The notes: generated from the sequence alone by a model not told the origin. Shown: positions 8,574 to 17,219, counted from the stretch's first letter. The stretch is 24,833 nucleotides of DNA from Candidatus Hodarchaeota archaeon (GCA_016839785.1 JAEOTQ010000054.1:1-24833), one strand, 5' to 3'. Numbers and translations: made by a program.

Positions 8574-9968
8574 GTGAACTTTATGGATGATACACTAAAA
8601 TCACTTGTAGATTCTGCTATTTCTACAGGGCAAAAACAAAATGTTGACCTAATCCTTGGTTTAGGTTCTCAATCAGTCAATAATCAAATTCGTTTTTCTC
8701 AAAATAAGATAGACATCAATAAACAATGGCAATCCGATTTAATAGATTTATTAGTTCTTGTTGAGGGGAATCGGGTTTCAATCGGTTCCTTTTCTCCTCG
8801 TGATGAAGCATATGTTAAGGAACGGGTGAATGCTCAGATTAAATTTGCCCAGAAGATGACCCCAAGTCCGTTTTTCATGGGTGTGGAATCAGTCCAACAT
8901 TCTATTGATCAATCAGCTTTTAGAGAACATTTTGATCCCAGAATTGTTGAATATCGTGAAAAAGCCCCACAAGTCATTAATACCTGCATAGATGAAGCTA
9001 TCAATACAGGTGCGACCCGAGTTGCTGGTTCTTTCTTGTTTGGTGAGAATTCAAATTATCTCTCAAGTTCTGCAGGCCCATCAGGTGGTTACCAAAATAC
9101 CTTCTATAATCTCACAGTCAGAGCGTTCCAAGATGAGTTAGATGCTTCAGGTCAAGGTCTTGCCTGTGGACGGATTCCTAATAGTGCGGAGAAGGAATTG
9201 GTTCAAGCTGCTGGTAAAGCTGGCCGTTTCTCTAAATCGCATAAAAATGCCCAACAGGCTAAACCTGGCTTATATGACATTATTATGAGCCCTGCAGTAG
9301 GAGCTAATGTACTTGGGAATATTCCACAAGATGCAAATCCCTTACTTATTATGATGGGGCGCAGTTCTTTAGGAGATAAAATTGGTGAAAAATTAGCACC
9401 CGATTTTGTTAATATAGAGGACAATGGTTTACAACCTGGAGGATTGGCCACAAGTCCTATCGATATTGAAGGAACTCCTCGATCTAGCACCTCTATATTT
9501 AATGAAGGGGTCTTAAAAAGCTATATCCATAATACGACTACTGGAAATATGTTCCAAGCTGAAAGTACTGGAAATGGAGCATTCGTAAACTTTGGAATGG
9601 GTAGTAAAATTATGGCCCCAGCTCCTACAAACGTAGTGTTCAATAATGGAGATTATTCATTTGATGAGCTATTAGATACGTCACGTAATACCTTGTATGT
9701 AACGTGCAATTGGTACACACGTTTTACTAGTAGGATTTCAACTGAATACAGCACTATTCCTCGTGATGCAGCTTTTCTTGTTGTTAATGGTGAATTATCG
9801 ACTCCAGTTAAAAATTTTCGAATCAGTGATAAGATTCTTAATCATTTTGCCAACATTGATGCTATGGGTAATGATCGTGTCCAAGTGAAATGGTGGGAAG
9901 TTGGCGTGCCAACGTGGATTCCGACAATTCGTGTTAAAGATTGTCGGGTAACCACAGCTACTCAGTAA
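8574..9968 (+). CDS. tldE: TldE/PmbA partner subunit
   Basis: Directly follows tldD; PGLYDIIMSP, DIEGTP, STGNG, PVKNFRISD; lacks HExxxH. Start GTG 8574 or ATG 8583. Confidence 0.88.
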   Translation: MNFMDDTLKSLVDSAISTGQKQNVDLILGLGSQSVNNQIRFSQNKIDINKQWQSDLIDLLVLVEGNRVSIGSFSPRDEAYVKERVNAQIKFAQKMTPSPFFMGVESVQHSIDQSAFREHFDPRIVEYREKAPQVINTCIDEAINTGATRVAGSFLFGENSNYLSSSAGPSGGYQNTFYNLTVRAFQDELDASGQGLACGRIPNSAEKELVQAAGKAGRFSKSHKNAQQAKPGLYDIIMSPAVGANVLGNIPQDANPLLIMMGRSSLGDKIGEKLAPDFVNIEDNGLQPGGLATSPIDIEGTPRSSTSIFNEGVLKSYIHNTTTGNMFQAESTGNGAFVNFGMGSKIMAPAPTNVVFNNGDYSFDELLDTSRNTLYVTCNWYTRFTSRISTEYSTIPRDAAFLVVNGELSTPVKNFRISDKILNHFANIDAMGNDRVQVKWWEVGVPTWIPTIRVKDCRVTTATQ

Positions 9969-10003
9969 TACGAATACTCAGCATTCACACCAATTATCCT
10001 CCC

Positions 10004-10028
10004 TTTTTTTCTTTTAGGAATTTTTTTT
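10004..10028 (+). terminator. Oligo-T terminator after tldE
   Basis: T7, T4 and T8 tracts shortly after the stop codon, typical of archaeal intrinsic termination. Confidence 0.5.
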
Positions 10029-10094
10029 AATGAGGAGATCAATTCATTCCTTAGACTTTTTCAAATTTTTTACCCTTGAAAAAAAGGTGGAAAA

Positions 10095-10565
10095 ATGCCT
10101 GTTTGTAAAAAATGTCGTAATTATATAATGGGTTTTCCTTGTCCGCATTGTGGAAGTGACCTCTCATTAACTGATCGGACAAATACTGATATTCAACCGA
10201 TCATTCCAAAGGAATTGCAAGGTGATTTTGAAGAACCTCCAGCTCCCTCATATGTTGAAGGGATTCCTGAACGTCAGAATATGGGATCTGTTCCTTCCGT
10301 TAAAGAAAAAGCTAGCCCTAAGTCTAGGAGCACAGGTGGTCATTCCTCAGGCCCAAGTTATTCCCCACAAATGAGTTCTCCTTCTATTTCAGCTGATAAT
10401 GTATCGGACTCTTTTCTGCCAAAAATGGATAACCGACTATCTTTGATGGAAAATACAATGAAATCAATTCAGGATGAACTTTCAACATTGCTAAAGAGTC
10501 AAAAAGTAATTGAGAATATTTTGACAAGGATTAATGGGGAATTATTGAAATTACGTAAGGACTAA
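10095..10565 (+). CDS. Hypothetical protein: zinc ribbon + Ser/Pro-rich linker + C-terminal coiled coil
   Basis: CKKC...CPHC; low-complexity middle; heptad-like C-terminus; AGGTGG SD upstream. Confidence 0.8.
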   Translation: MPVCKKCRNYIMGFPCPHCGSDLSLTDRTNTDIQPIIPKELQGDFEEPPAPSYVEGIPERQNMGSVPSVKEKASPKSRSTGGHSSGPSYSPQMSSPSISADNVSDSFLPKMDNRLSLMENTMKSIQDELSTLLKSQKVIENILTRINGELLKLRKD

Positions 10566-10569
10566 GTGA

Positions 10570-13185
10570 TTATACTCTGAGAAATTGGCTTACTAGTAAT
10601 CCCTCTAGAAGCTGCTTTTCTTGATTGTGGGAAGGTAAGCATTCTGCAACAGCTTGACAGAATGGGCCAAAGATATTTTGAACAGGTTTGATTGATGAGT
10701 TGAATAAATAAGATAACGAATCTTTGTCATTCATTTTCCATGCAAGGACCGCTAGATGCATAAGATCCACTATTTGTTGACTTTCATGATTAATTTTCGT
10801 TCGCTGTAGTGCTGACTTAATAGTTACTTGAGAACCTTCTATTTTTACAAATCCATCAGCTTTCGAATGTTGTTTCAAATCAATCCCATATGCTTGAGAG
10901 AGCTTCTGTACCTCTCCATAATTAATGATTGATTCTCCATATGTCCATCGAAAAGCGAGATAAAATTGTCCTGTTTCGTCTAGTATTGCATTTTGAGGAA
11001 TATCAGTTAAAATTTGGAATAAAAAGTCTGTTGATATTTTTCTGATATGTGCTAGCTGGGCGGATACAGGTACCTTTTCACCTGAATATTTCAATATTGT
11101 ACGAAATCGACTGAAAATCTCCATTCCAGGACCAATCGCTGAAATAAAAAAGTCCCCTCCTCGTATTCCGTCAGCCCAGAATCGTTTTAGACGAGAGAAA
11201 ATGTTCTTCTCTACTTCTGCGATTACCTCAGGTAGGTAACCTTCAGATTGTTGTTCTCCTTTACGACAGACTAAATATATTGACGAAGCTAACGCAGCTG
11301 AGGTTCGGGCCCGTAATCGTGCCTTCATTTCTGTATGGATAGGCCAGGAAGAGGTTATTGTAAACCCTGCTTGGATTAGGGCCTCTAACATAGTTTCCCA
11401 CCCTGAAGTGGATTTATGAGCATACACGAACAGAGCGATTCCACTTGGTGTAAGAACTCGATGAAATTCCTGGAAAGCTTGTGTGAGCATAGTTTCAAAG
11501 AATTGTTTTGGATTCTCTTGGCGGCCTTTATTTGCTACAATCTCTAATGTTTTTGGTGTCAAAGGGGTGGAAAATAACTGGGGAAATATATCACCAAGGG
11601 CTCGCTTAAACCAGACATAAAAAAAATCAGATAAATCTGAGTAGGGAACGTTGTCATAATATGGAGGATCTGTAATAACCGCATCAAAATAACCATCTGG
11701 ATAATCTAGTTTAGTTGCGGACGCCTGTTCGACAATTGCTTTCGATTGGGCTTTCCATGAATTATTCTGAAGATATCGGGTCACCCATTCTGTCTGTTTT
11801 GACCAATCACCATTTGCTCCAGAAAAAACATTCAGTTCTACATAGTCCCATACCATCGGAAGAGCAGTTCGACCAAATACATGTTCAATTTTTTCTCCAT
11901 ACGCGTTATAAATTACAAGGTTTGAACATTTGTCAGTTAATCGTCCAAGAATGATGGTTAAATATGACAGTATAATCTGGTCTAAGCTTATTTGACTCTG
12001 ATGAACATCAGGGTAATTTTTATCTGCCCAGTGACGGATAGAAGAAGCACAAGATTTTATTTCTCTGAGAAAGAAGATTAGAGACAGTAATTGCCTTTCA
12101 TTGAAGAGATCCTTCCATTTAAGGAGCCCATAATTCTGAACGCTAAAACCCAAGGTTCCGATAGGGGGTAACCATTCATTGGGAATAAGCTCCTGAAACT
12201 GGTTGTCACCTTTTATTTTCTCCTTTAGAAAAGAATGAGCATTTTCGTAGGTTCGTAAATCCTGATCTGATGCAGGACGATAGATTTTTCCAGCCTTTTT
12301 TTGATCACGTAAAATAACAATTGTCATCTGTTGACCGAGTTTTTCCTCTTTAGCAAATTTTCGAATGGTACTCGACGAGACAACTTGTTGACAGAATAAA
12401 CATCGCACAGTAGCTTTTGATATTGTCCCCTCTGATGGATTAAAGTCAATTAAGTCATCTTCTTGAATAACAAATGTAAGTGGTGTATCTGAATCTTGAT
12501 TGATTATAGGTTTGTAGGCAATACGACGTTTGTTTGTCCTTGCTAACCAGAAGTGCTTAATTAGAGGAATTATATGATCACAGTGAGGATTGGCACATGG
12601 AATTGTCCTCGCCCACAAATAGCCAATGGGGATATTTCCATTTGGATCTGCAGGATAAAATCTGTTGAGTGATTTCTTGACCTGAATTTGGATCCTATCA
12701 GCCCATTGGGAAACTATTTCGGCTAGATTTGAAAATCCAAGAGTTTGAGGCCATTCTAAAGTGGCCTTGGAAATTAGAACAGCCATTGGATTTAAATCAG
12801 AGGCATAAGTTTCACAACCCAATCGCACTGCTTCCAGAGGAATAGACCCACCACCTGAAAAGGGATCTAAAAGCTTTGGTGGATGTGGTTGCCACTGAGC
12901 TTGAATTAATTTCCTTCCTTTTTCAATAATTTCGTTATCTGGAATTTTTACGGTATTCCAAGGAGAAATTTCTGAAAGTAATTGAAGTAGGTCTTCTTGA
13001 TCGGTCTCTGAATTTGGAAGCTCAAGTAAGGATGCTAATATGGTTGCTCTAGAACTTGCAAGAGGACGACGAGCCCACCAAAGATGTAAAGTACTTGGAT
13101 GCCCATGTCTTACACTTTTTTCATGACTAGAGGCTTTGGAAATATCCATCAAAGGAAGATTCCATTCAATCACTCGTTTATCCAA
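10570..13185 (-). CDS. DUF1156-family adenine-specific DNA methyltransferase
   Basis: LHLWWARRPLASSRA (DUF1156), motif I DPFSGGGSIPLEA, motif IV TDPPYYDNV, internal Zn ribbon (CANPHC, CLFC), SSWPIHTE, ALASSIYLVCRK. Confidence 0.92.
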   Translation of the reverse strand: MDKRVIEWNLPLMDISKASSHEKSVRHGHPSTLHLWWARRPLASSRATILASLLELPNSETDQEDLLQLLSEISPWNTVKIPDNEIIEKGRKLIQAQWQPHPPKLLDPFSGGGSIPLEAVRLGCETYASDLNPMAVLISKATLEWPQTLGFSNLAEIVSQWADRIQIQVKKSLNRFYPADPNGNIPIGYLWARTIPCANPHCDHIIPLIKHFWLARTNKRRIAYKPIINQDSDTPLTFVIQEDDLIDFNPSEGTISKATVRCLFCQQVVSSSTIRKFAKEEKLGQQMTIVILRDQKKAGKIYRPASDQDLRTYENAHSFLKEKIKGDNQFQELIPNEWLPPIGTLGFSVQNYGLLKWKDLFNERQLLSLIFFLREIKSCASSIRHWADKNYPDVHQSQISLDQIILSYLTIILGRLTDKCSNLVIYNAYGEKIEHVFGRTALPMVWDYVELNVFSGANGDWSKQTEWVTRYLQNNSWKAQSKAIVEQASATKLDYPDGYFDAVITDPPYYDNVPYSDLSDFFYVWFKRALGDIFPQLFSTPLTPKTLEIVANKGRQENPKQFFETMLTQAFQEFHRVLTPSGIALFVYAHKSTSGWETMLEALIQAGFTITSSWPIHTEMKARLRARTSAALASSIYLVCRKGEQQSEGYLPEVIAEVEKNIFSRLKRFWADGIRGGDFFISAIGPGMEIFSRFRTILKYSGEKVPVSAQLAHIRKISTDFLFQILTDIPQNAILDETGQFYLAFRWTYGESIINYGEVQKLSQAYGIDLKQHSKADGFVKIEGSQVTIKSALQRTKINHESQQIVDLMHLAVLAWKMNDKDSLSYLFNSSIKPVQNIFGPFCQAVAECLPSHNQEKQLLEGLLVSQFLRV

Positions 13186-13359
13186 AAAATTCCCGCATTC
13201 AGATTTATATGCTAAAAACAGCTGATTTTTAATAAACGGGGTATAAATATATTGCCACTGGATTGATTTAAGAAATTTACAGCTGATTAGATAGGATTTA
13301 TTGTTAGGGGTTAAATGAGTTTTTCTTATGATATGTTTGAAAAAACGAAATTTTAGGGA

Positions 13360-13965
13360 TTAATCGTCACAGGATCCCTCAGCCTCTGCAAGTCGGGGTG
13401 AGGAAGCCGAAATAGCATCGGCACGAGTTAGTAAGGTTCGTATCTCGTTCACAACAGATTCTTCAATTTCAATCTGATGTTTAAGGAAAGCCTTACGATA
13501 TTGCTTGACAAACTCATCCTTAGTTTCTTCCGACCAGCCATATTTTTTTCGATATTCCGCATAGAGAAGATAAGCACGGGTTGATCTTTCTACCCAGCGG
13601 TCAAGATAATGAAAATCTTCAGTAAAAACAAGAACTTGGGGAACTTTTTCACCATTATTGACCTTGGTTACCATAAAGGGGAGATGATCCTTATTCATAA
13701 GTGTCATGTTTATGTTAGGACTTTGTTCGGCGATGTGGGTAAGAATAGGGACATTTGTTTGAGAATCCCAACACCAAGTGGTTGCTAGCACTAGAAGATT
13801 AATGGGATACTTAAGTTCAATTCGGAAAAACTCCGGAGAGTGTTTCTTTGCGCTTTTGTCATGGTAGTATAGGAAACGTTTACGGTCATCTTCCGTAGCA
13901 TCCTTTAGAAAGTCTTCGAAGGACATTCCTTTATTGAAAAAATTGTATGTGATTCGATCAATCAT
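13360..13965 (-). CDS. Thioredoxin-family protein with CxxS (WCWDS) site
   Basis: LVLATTWCWDSQTNVP, cis-Pro loop KVPQVLVF, WVERS. ATG 13965 follows AGGTGG; the ORF track starts at GTG 13977. Confidence 0.82.
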   Translation of the reverse strand: MIDRITYNFFNKGMSFEDFLKDATEDDRKRFLYYHDKSAKKHSPEFFRIELKYPINLLVLATTWCWDSQTNVPILTHIAEQSPNINMTLMNKDHLPFMVTKVNNGEKVPQVLVFTEDFHYLDRWVERSTRAYLLYAEYRKKYGWSEETKDEFVKQYRKAFLKHQIEIEESVVNEIRTLLTRADAISASSPRLAEAEGSCDD

Positions 13966-14020
13966 TTCTACGTCCACCTGTTGAAAAAAAAAGAGAAAGA
14001 AAAGATGTTAAAAATTTAAT

Positions 14021-14185
14021 TTAATGCTTGAAACTATGAGTATTAGTGAGTATAGTTCTATAGTGGTAATAGAATGCAATCAAATAAGCAATGGTTTTTA
14101 GTATCATAAACATTCCTGCTATTGGATAATTTGCTGTAAAGAAAATGGTTAAACTGTAAGTAATAAATGACACATTAACCACCAA
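14021..14185 (-). pseudogene. Possible remnant or small hydrophobic membrane ORF (54 aa)
   Basis: LVVNVSFITYSLTIFFTANYPIAGMFMILKTIAYLIAFYYHY...; two hydrophobic stretches, no strong start or SD, in-frame stop just upstream. Confidence 0.35.
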
Positions 14186-14376
14186 CTGGCAAGATAATTA
14201 ACTGATTCGATGGTATCTAGGTTTTACATCTCGTTTTCCACTCTTAAAAATACTATAGATCTTTCAATTTGCAGTTTATATATTTCTTTAGATGCCAATC
14301 GTTTACGAGTTACATATTAGTAATTCTGATTCCCTGTACTCACCAGTATAAGGAAATATACTACAAGATATTGCCT

Positions 14377-15465
14377 TTATTTCTTTATACTCCGAGCTTG
14401 TAGGAATTGTTCCATTTCTTGAGTTTTCCTCTCTTCTTCTTTTTCTATTTCTTCTTGTACTTTTCGTTCTTGTTCTTTGAATCGTTCCATGATATTTAAT
14501 AATTCTCCACTCATCATAGTCAATTTATCTGACGCCACGGTTAAATCATTCATTTCAGCCGTTTGCTCCTCTGTCGCTGCTGCTACTTCTTCGCTGGATG
14601 CACTGAATTCTTCTGATTGAACGGCAAAACCTTGAAATGTTTCATGGAGACTGGCAACTTTCTCATTGAGATTTTGGATGATTTCTTCGATTAGATTTCG
14701 AATTTCCTTAGTGTTCTTATTTGTCTCATCAGCTAATCTACGCACGTTGTCAGCTACAACACTGAAACCTCGACCAGATTCTCCTGCTCTTGCGGCCTCT
14801 ATTGCCGCGTTTAATGCTAAAATATGCGTTTGCTTAGCTACTCCTTCAATTATTTTTATTATACCTTCAATATTCTTCAAAGAGGTACCTATGATGTTTC
14901 TAATTTCATCGATGCTCTCTAGTCCTTGATTTGCATTATCTGTTTGAGTTGCCGCACCACGACTAATCTGTTGAATGGTACTAGTTATTTCCTCAGTTTG
15001 GGTATTCACATCATACGCAGTCTTTGCGACACCTTCAGCTGAATTTTTAAGTTCACTAGAAGCATCTTTCAACGTATTAACCATAGATATATTGCTATTC
15101 AATAATTTTAACATAGAATTTTGTAAATTACCAATTTCATCTGATCTATCAGTCATATGAATGTTTACTGATAAGTTACCTTTTGTAAATTCTTCTGCGG
15201 CATCGGATAGTTCAACCAATGGTTCGAATATATTTTTGAATATCCGAAAATTGACAACAACAACAACCACTGCTGAAAAGATGATACTAATAAGAGATAA
15301 CCCAAATAACGATCGAAGAAATGACTCATCTAAAGTAAATCCAGTAGTGGAGATGGAAGAAATTAAAAAAACGACTAGATTTAATAATATCAAAGTAATA
15401 ACTAATAAAACATTAATTACTATTGCACGTGTTAAATGACCCCCTCTATCTGAGTTAGAAGCCAT
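14377..15465 (-). CDS. Methyl-accepting chemotaxis protein (2 TM, HAMP, MCP signalling domain)
   Basis: HAMP motif EPLVEL...GNLS...RSDEIGNL; hairpin tip [31 protein letters not shown]; methylation-like EE/EQ pairs. Confidence 0.93.
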   Translation of the reverse strand: MASNSDRGGHLTRAIVINVLLVITLILLNLVVFLISSISTTGFTLDESFLRSLFGLSLISIIFSAVVVVVVNFRIFKNIFEPLVELSDAAEEFTKGNLSVNIHMTDRSDEIGNLQNSMLKLLNSNISMVNTLKDASSELKNSAEGVAKTAYDVNTQTEEITSTIQQISRGAATQTDNANQGLESIDEIRNIIGTSLKNIEGIIKIIEGVAKQTHILALNAAIEAARAGESGRGFSVVADNVRRLADETNKNTKEIRNLIEEIIQNLNEKVASLHETFQGFAVQSEEFSASSEEVAAATEEQTAEMNDLTVASDKLTMMSGELLNIMERFKEQERKVQEEIEKEEERKTQEMEQFLQARSIKK

Positions 15466-15626
15466 TTTAATATCTCACAAAACAAAAAATTTAGTTCAAA
15501 GAACCCTTCAATCAATTTTCACCTCCCTTTCCTAATAAACATTGGCGAACAAATTAGAGATAATGAGATTTAATGCTCATCCACAGAGGTAAGTTTGATT
15601 TAGAAGAATTTTGTTTTTCCAAATCA

Positions 15627-15986
15627 CATGACTAAATTTGTCAGACAACTATTATGAAAATAATTCTGGACAGGATGAGTCACACATCCACTATCCGGCA
15701 GGAAAGCAACACGAGAACGATTGCTTTCGATTAGGACTACTTGAATCAAATCTACTTGCGATACTCCAAACCTCAATGCAATTCATCAATGTGAGCCATT
15801 CTTCTCTTGCCTTTGACGGGTAACTCGTCTAACGTAGTTACAAGGGAAGCTGACCGAAAAGCGATGGAACGATTTTTGTCATCACCTCGGGGCTAAAGAA
15901 GTAAGGGAGGGAGGCCTTTTAAACTTGTGACTGAGAGAGGTCACCGAATACCAGCTCTCTCGCTTTGTCGGACAAAAATGATCATG
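15627..15986 (+). ncRNA. Candidate structured non-coding RNA (or MITE-like element), unclassified
   Basis: 22-bp imperfect terminal inverted repeat (17/22 identical), several hairpins with G-U pairs and a GAAA tetraloop favouring the + strand, 3' H-type pseudoknot. No convincing ORF. Confidence 0.5.
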
Positions 15987-15999
15987 CTTAATATCTCGC

Positions 16000-16024
16000 A
16001 AAAAAGGAAGGGGAAAAATCCCCT
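16000..16024 (-). terminator. Hairpin + oligo-T terminator of the PDO gene
   Basis: Minus strand reads AGGGGA-TTTT-TCCCCT followed by TCCTTTTTT, just after the stop codon. Confidence 0.6.
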
Positions 16025-16029
16025 CAGAA

Positions 16030-16686
16030 CTAAGCTAATGCTTCACGAACTTTGCTCATCAATGTTTGAGGTGGTACACCACCGACAACATCCCATGAAT
16101 CATTAATTACCGTTTTTGGTACCCCTTGGACTTGGTATTTCATAGATAATTCTTGAAACTCGGTCGCTTCGACCATATCCGCAATTATATTTTCATTAAG
16201 CATGGCTAGCTTGAATGCATTCAATACTGCGGTTGGACAATAAGGACACGTTGGAGTGACAAATACCTGCAGATGCAGAGGTTTATCAATGGCTAAAATC
16301 TCTTCAACAAGTTCAGGGTCCAAATCAGAACCAGTGGTTTTTCCAGACATGATGATACTTTCAATTAAACTCCCGAATTCATATCCAGAAGGAATACCAT
16401 AGAAGCGAATAAGTCCTTTACCTTGGCCTTCAACAACGATCGCTGGATGACGTTCAATCTTGAATTTTTTAGCCTCATCGCTGTTGATATCGCATTCGCA
16501 AGCTTTTAAAATCACTTTGTCGGATTGTGCAGCTACTTGCTGGACTAAGTCCAGGGTCTCATTGCATAATAAACAGTGATCTTTTCTAGTAAACATGTGG
16601 AGTGTAACGTCTGTTTCAATGGATTGAAACATACCTTTTATTTCGTTGAGAATTTTATCTTCTATCCTAACTTTGTGTTCAGACAT
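16030..16686 (-). CDS. Protein disulfide oxidoreductase (PDO, two thioredoxin folds)
   Basis: CLLC and CPYC sites, RFYGIPSGYEFGSLI, VFVTPTCPYCP, VQGVPKTVIN; AGGTGA SD. Confidence 0.93.
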   Translation of the reverse strand: MSEHKVRIEDKILNEIKGMFQSIETDVTLHMFTRKDHCLLCNETLDLVQQVAAQSDKVILKACECDINSDEAKKFKIERHPAIVVEGQGKGLIRFYGIPSGYEFGSLIESIIMSGKTTGSDLDPELVEEILAIDKPLHLQVFVTPTCPYCPTAVLNAFKLAMLNENIIADMVEATEFQELSMKYQVQGVPKTVINDSWDVVGGVPPQTLMSKVREALA

Positions 16687-16722
16687 GAGGATTTCACCTT
16701 AATTAATTGATTTAAGGAAATC

Positions 16723-16769
16723 TTTATAAATATTGCTATCTTTGAATATTCAAACAAATATATATATAG
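16723..16769. promoter_or_regulatory. Divergent promoter with a 14-bp palindromic operator
   Basis: TTTATAAA (16723-16730, toward PDO); perfect palindrome TTTGAATATTCAAA (16741-16754); TATATATA (~16759-16768, toward ArsR). Confidence 0.6.
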
Positions 16770-16798
16770 TAGTATGTATATTAATGAATTGAAGGTAA

Positions 16799-17119
16799 AT
16801 GTCAAATAAATTGGATCCATCATCTTCTGAGACTGAAATGGCCGCACTAATGTTACAAGCGGAACTTTGTCAATCTTTAACTCATCCTTTTCGTCTAAAA
16901 ATTCTTCAGCTCTTAAGTAATGGTAAAAAAAATGTTTCACAGATATTAGAAGAAACTCAGAAACCTCAACCGTTTATTTCGCAACATTTAAGAGTTTTAC
17001 GAGAGAAGAAAGTGGTAATGACAGAGCGTGAAGGGAATGAAGTCTATTATTCTCTTTCTGATCCAAAAATTGAAAAAATATGTGCTCTTGTCGCTGAACT
17101 CATAAAGAATCAAGATTGA
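16799..17119 (+). CDS. ArsR/SmtB family transcriptional regulator
   Basis: LTHPFRLKILQLL, QPFISQHLRVLR, wing REGNEVYYSL. Confidence 0.92.
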   Translation: MSNKLDPSSSETEMAALMLQAELCQSLTHPFRLKILQLLSNGKKNVSQILEETQKPQPFISQHLRVLREKKVVMTEREGNEVYYSLSDPKIEKICALVAELIKNQD

Positions 17120-17219
17120 AAGAAGAAAATTCAGTACAGAAATTGTTTATTAATCGAATCATTCGTTCGTATAATAAATTGACATTTTAATATCGACAGC
17201 ATTCTGGTTATGATAGTCA

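Noticed and set aside
7151-10565. TldDE + Ser/Gly-rich ORF as a RiPP (microcin-like) cluster
   Set aside because: No YcaO, radical SAM or other maturase; a terminator separates the genes; TldDE is commonly housekeeping in archaea.
15638-15823. 61-aa ORF in the ORF track
   Set aside because: TTG start without SD, no recognisable motif, and it overlaps the hairpin-dense element; better explained as non-coding, though not formally excluded.
15918-15961. -1 ribosomal frameshift signal (TTTAAAC + pseudoknot)
   Set aside because: The spacer is only 2 nt (5-9 expected), the zero frame has a stop at 15835-37 with no start after it, and no meaningful ORF follows.
15637-15976. SRP RNA, RNase P RNA, tmRNA, SECIS or HEARO/omega RNA identity
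   Set aside because: No complete SRP helix-8 motif, no RNase P CR-I/CR-V pair, no tRNA-like ends. The adjacent PDO has no in-frame UGA. Only a short CTACGTTA resembles HEARO, and no IscB/TnpB is nearby.
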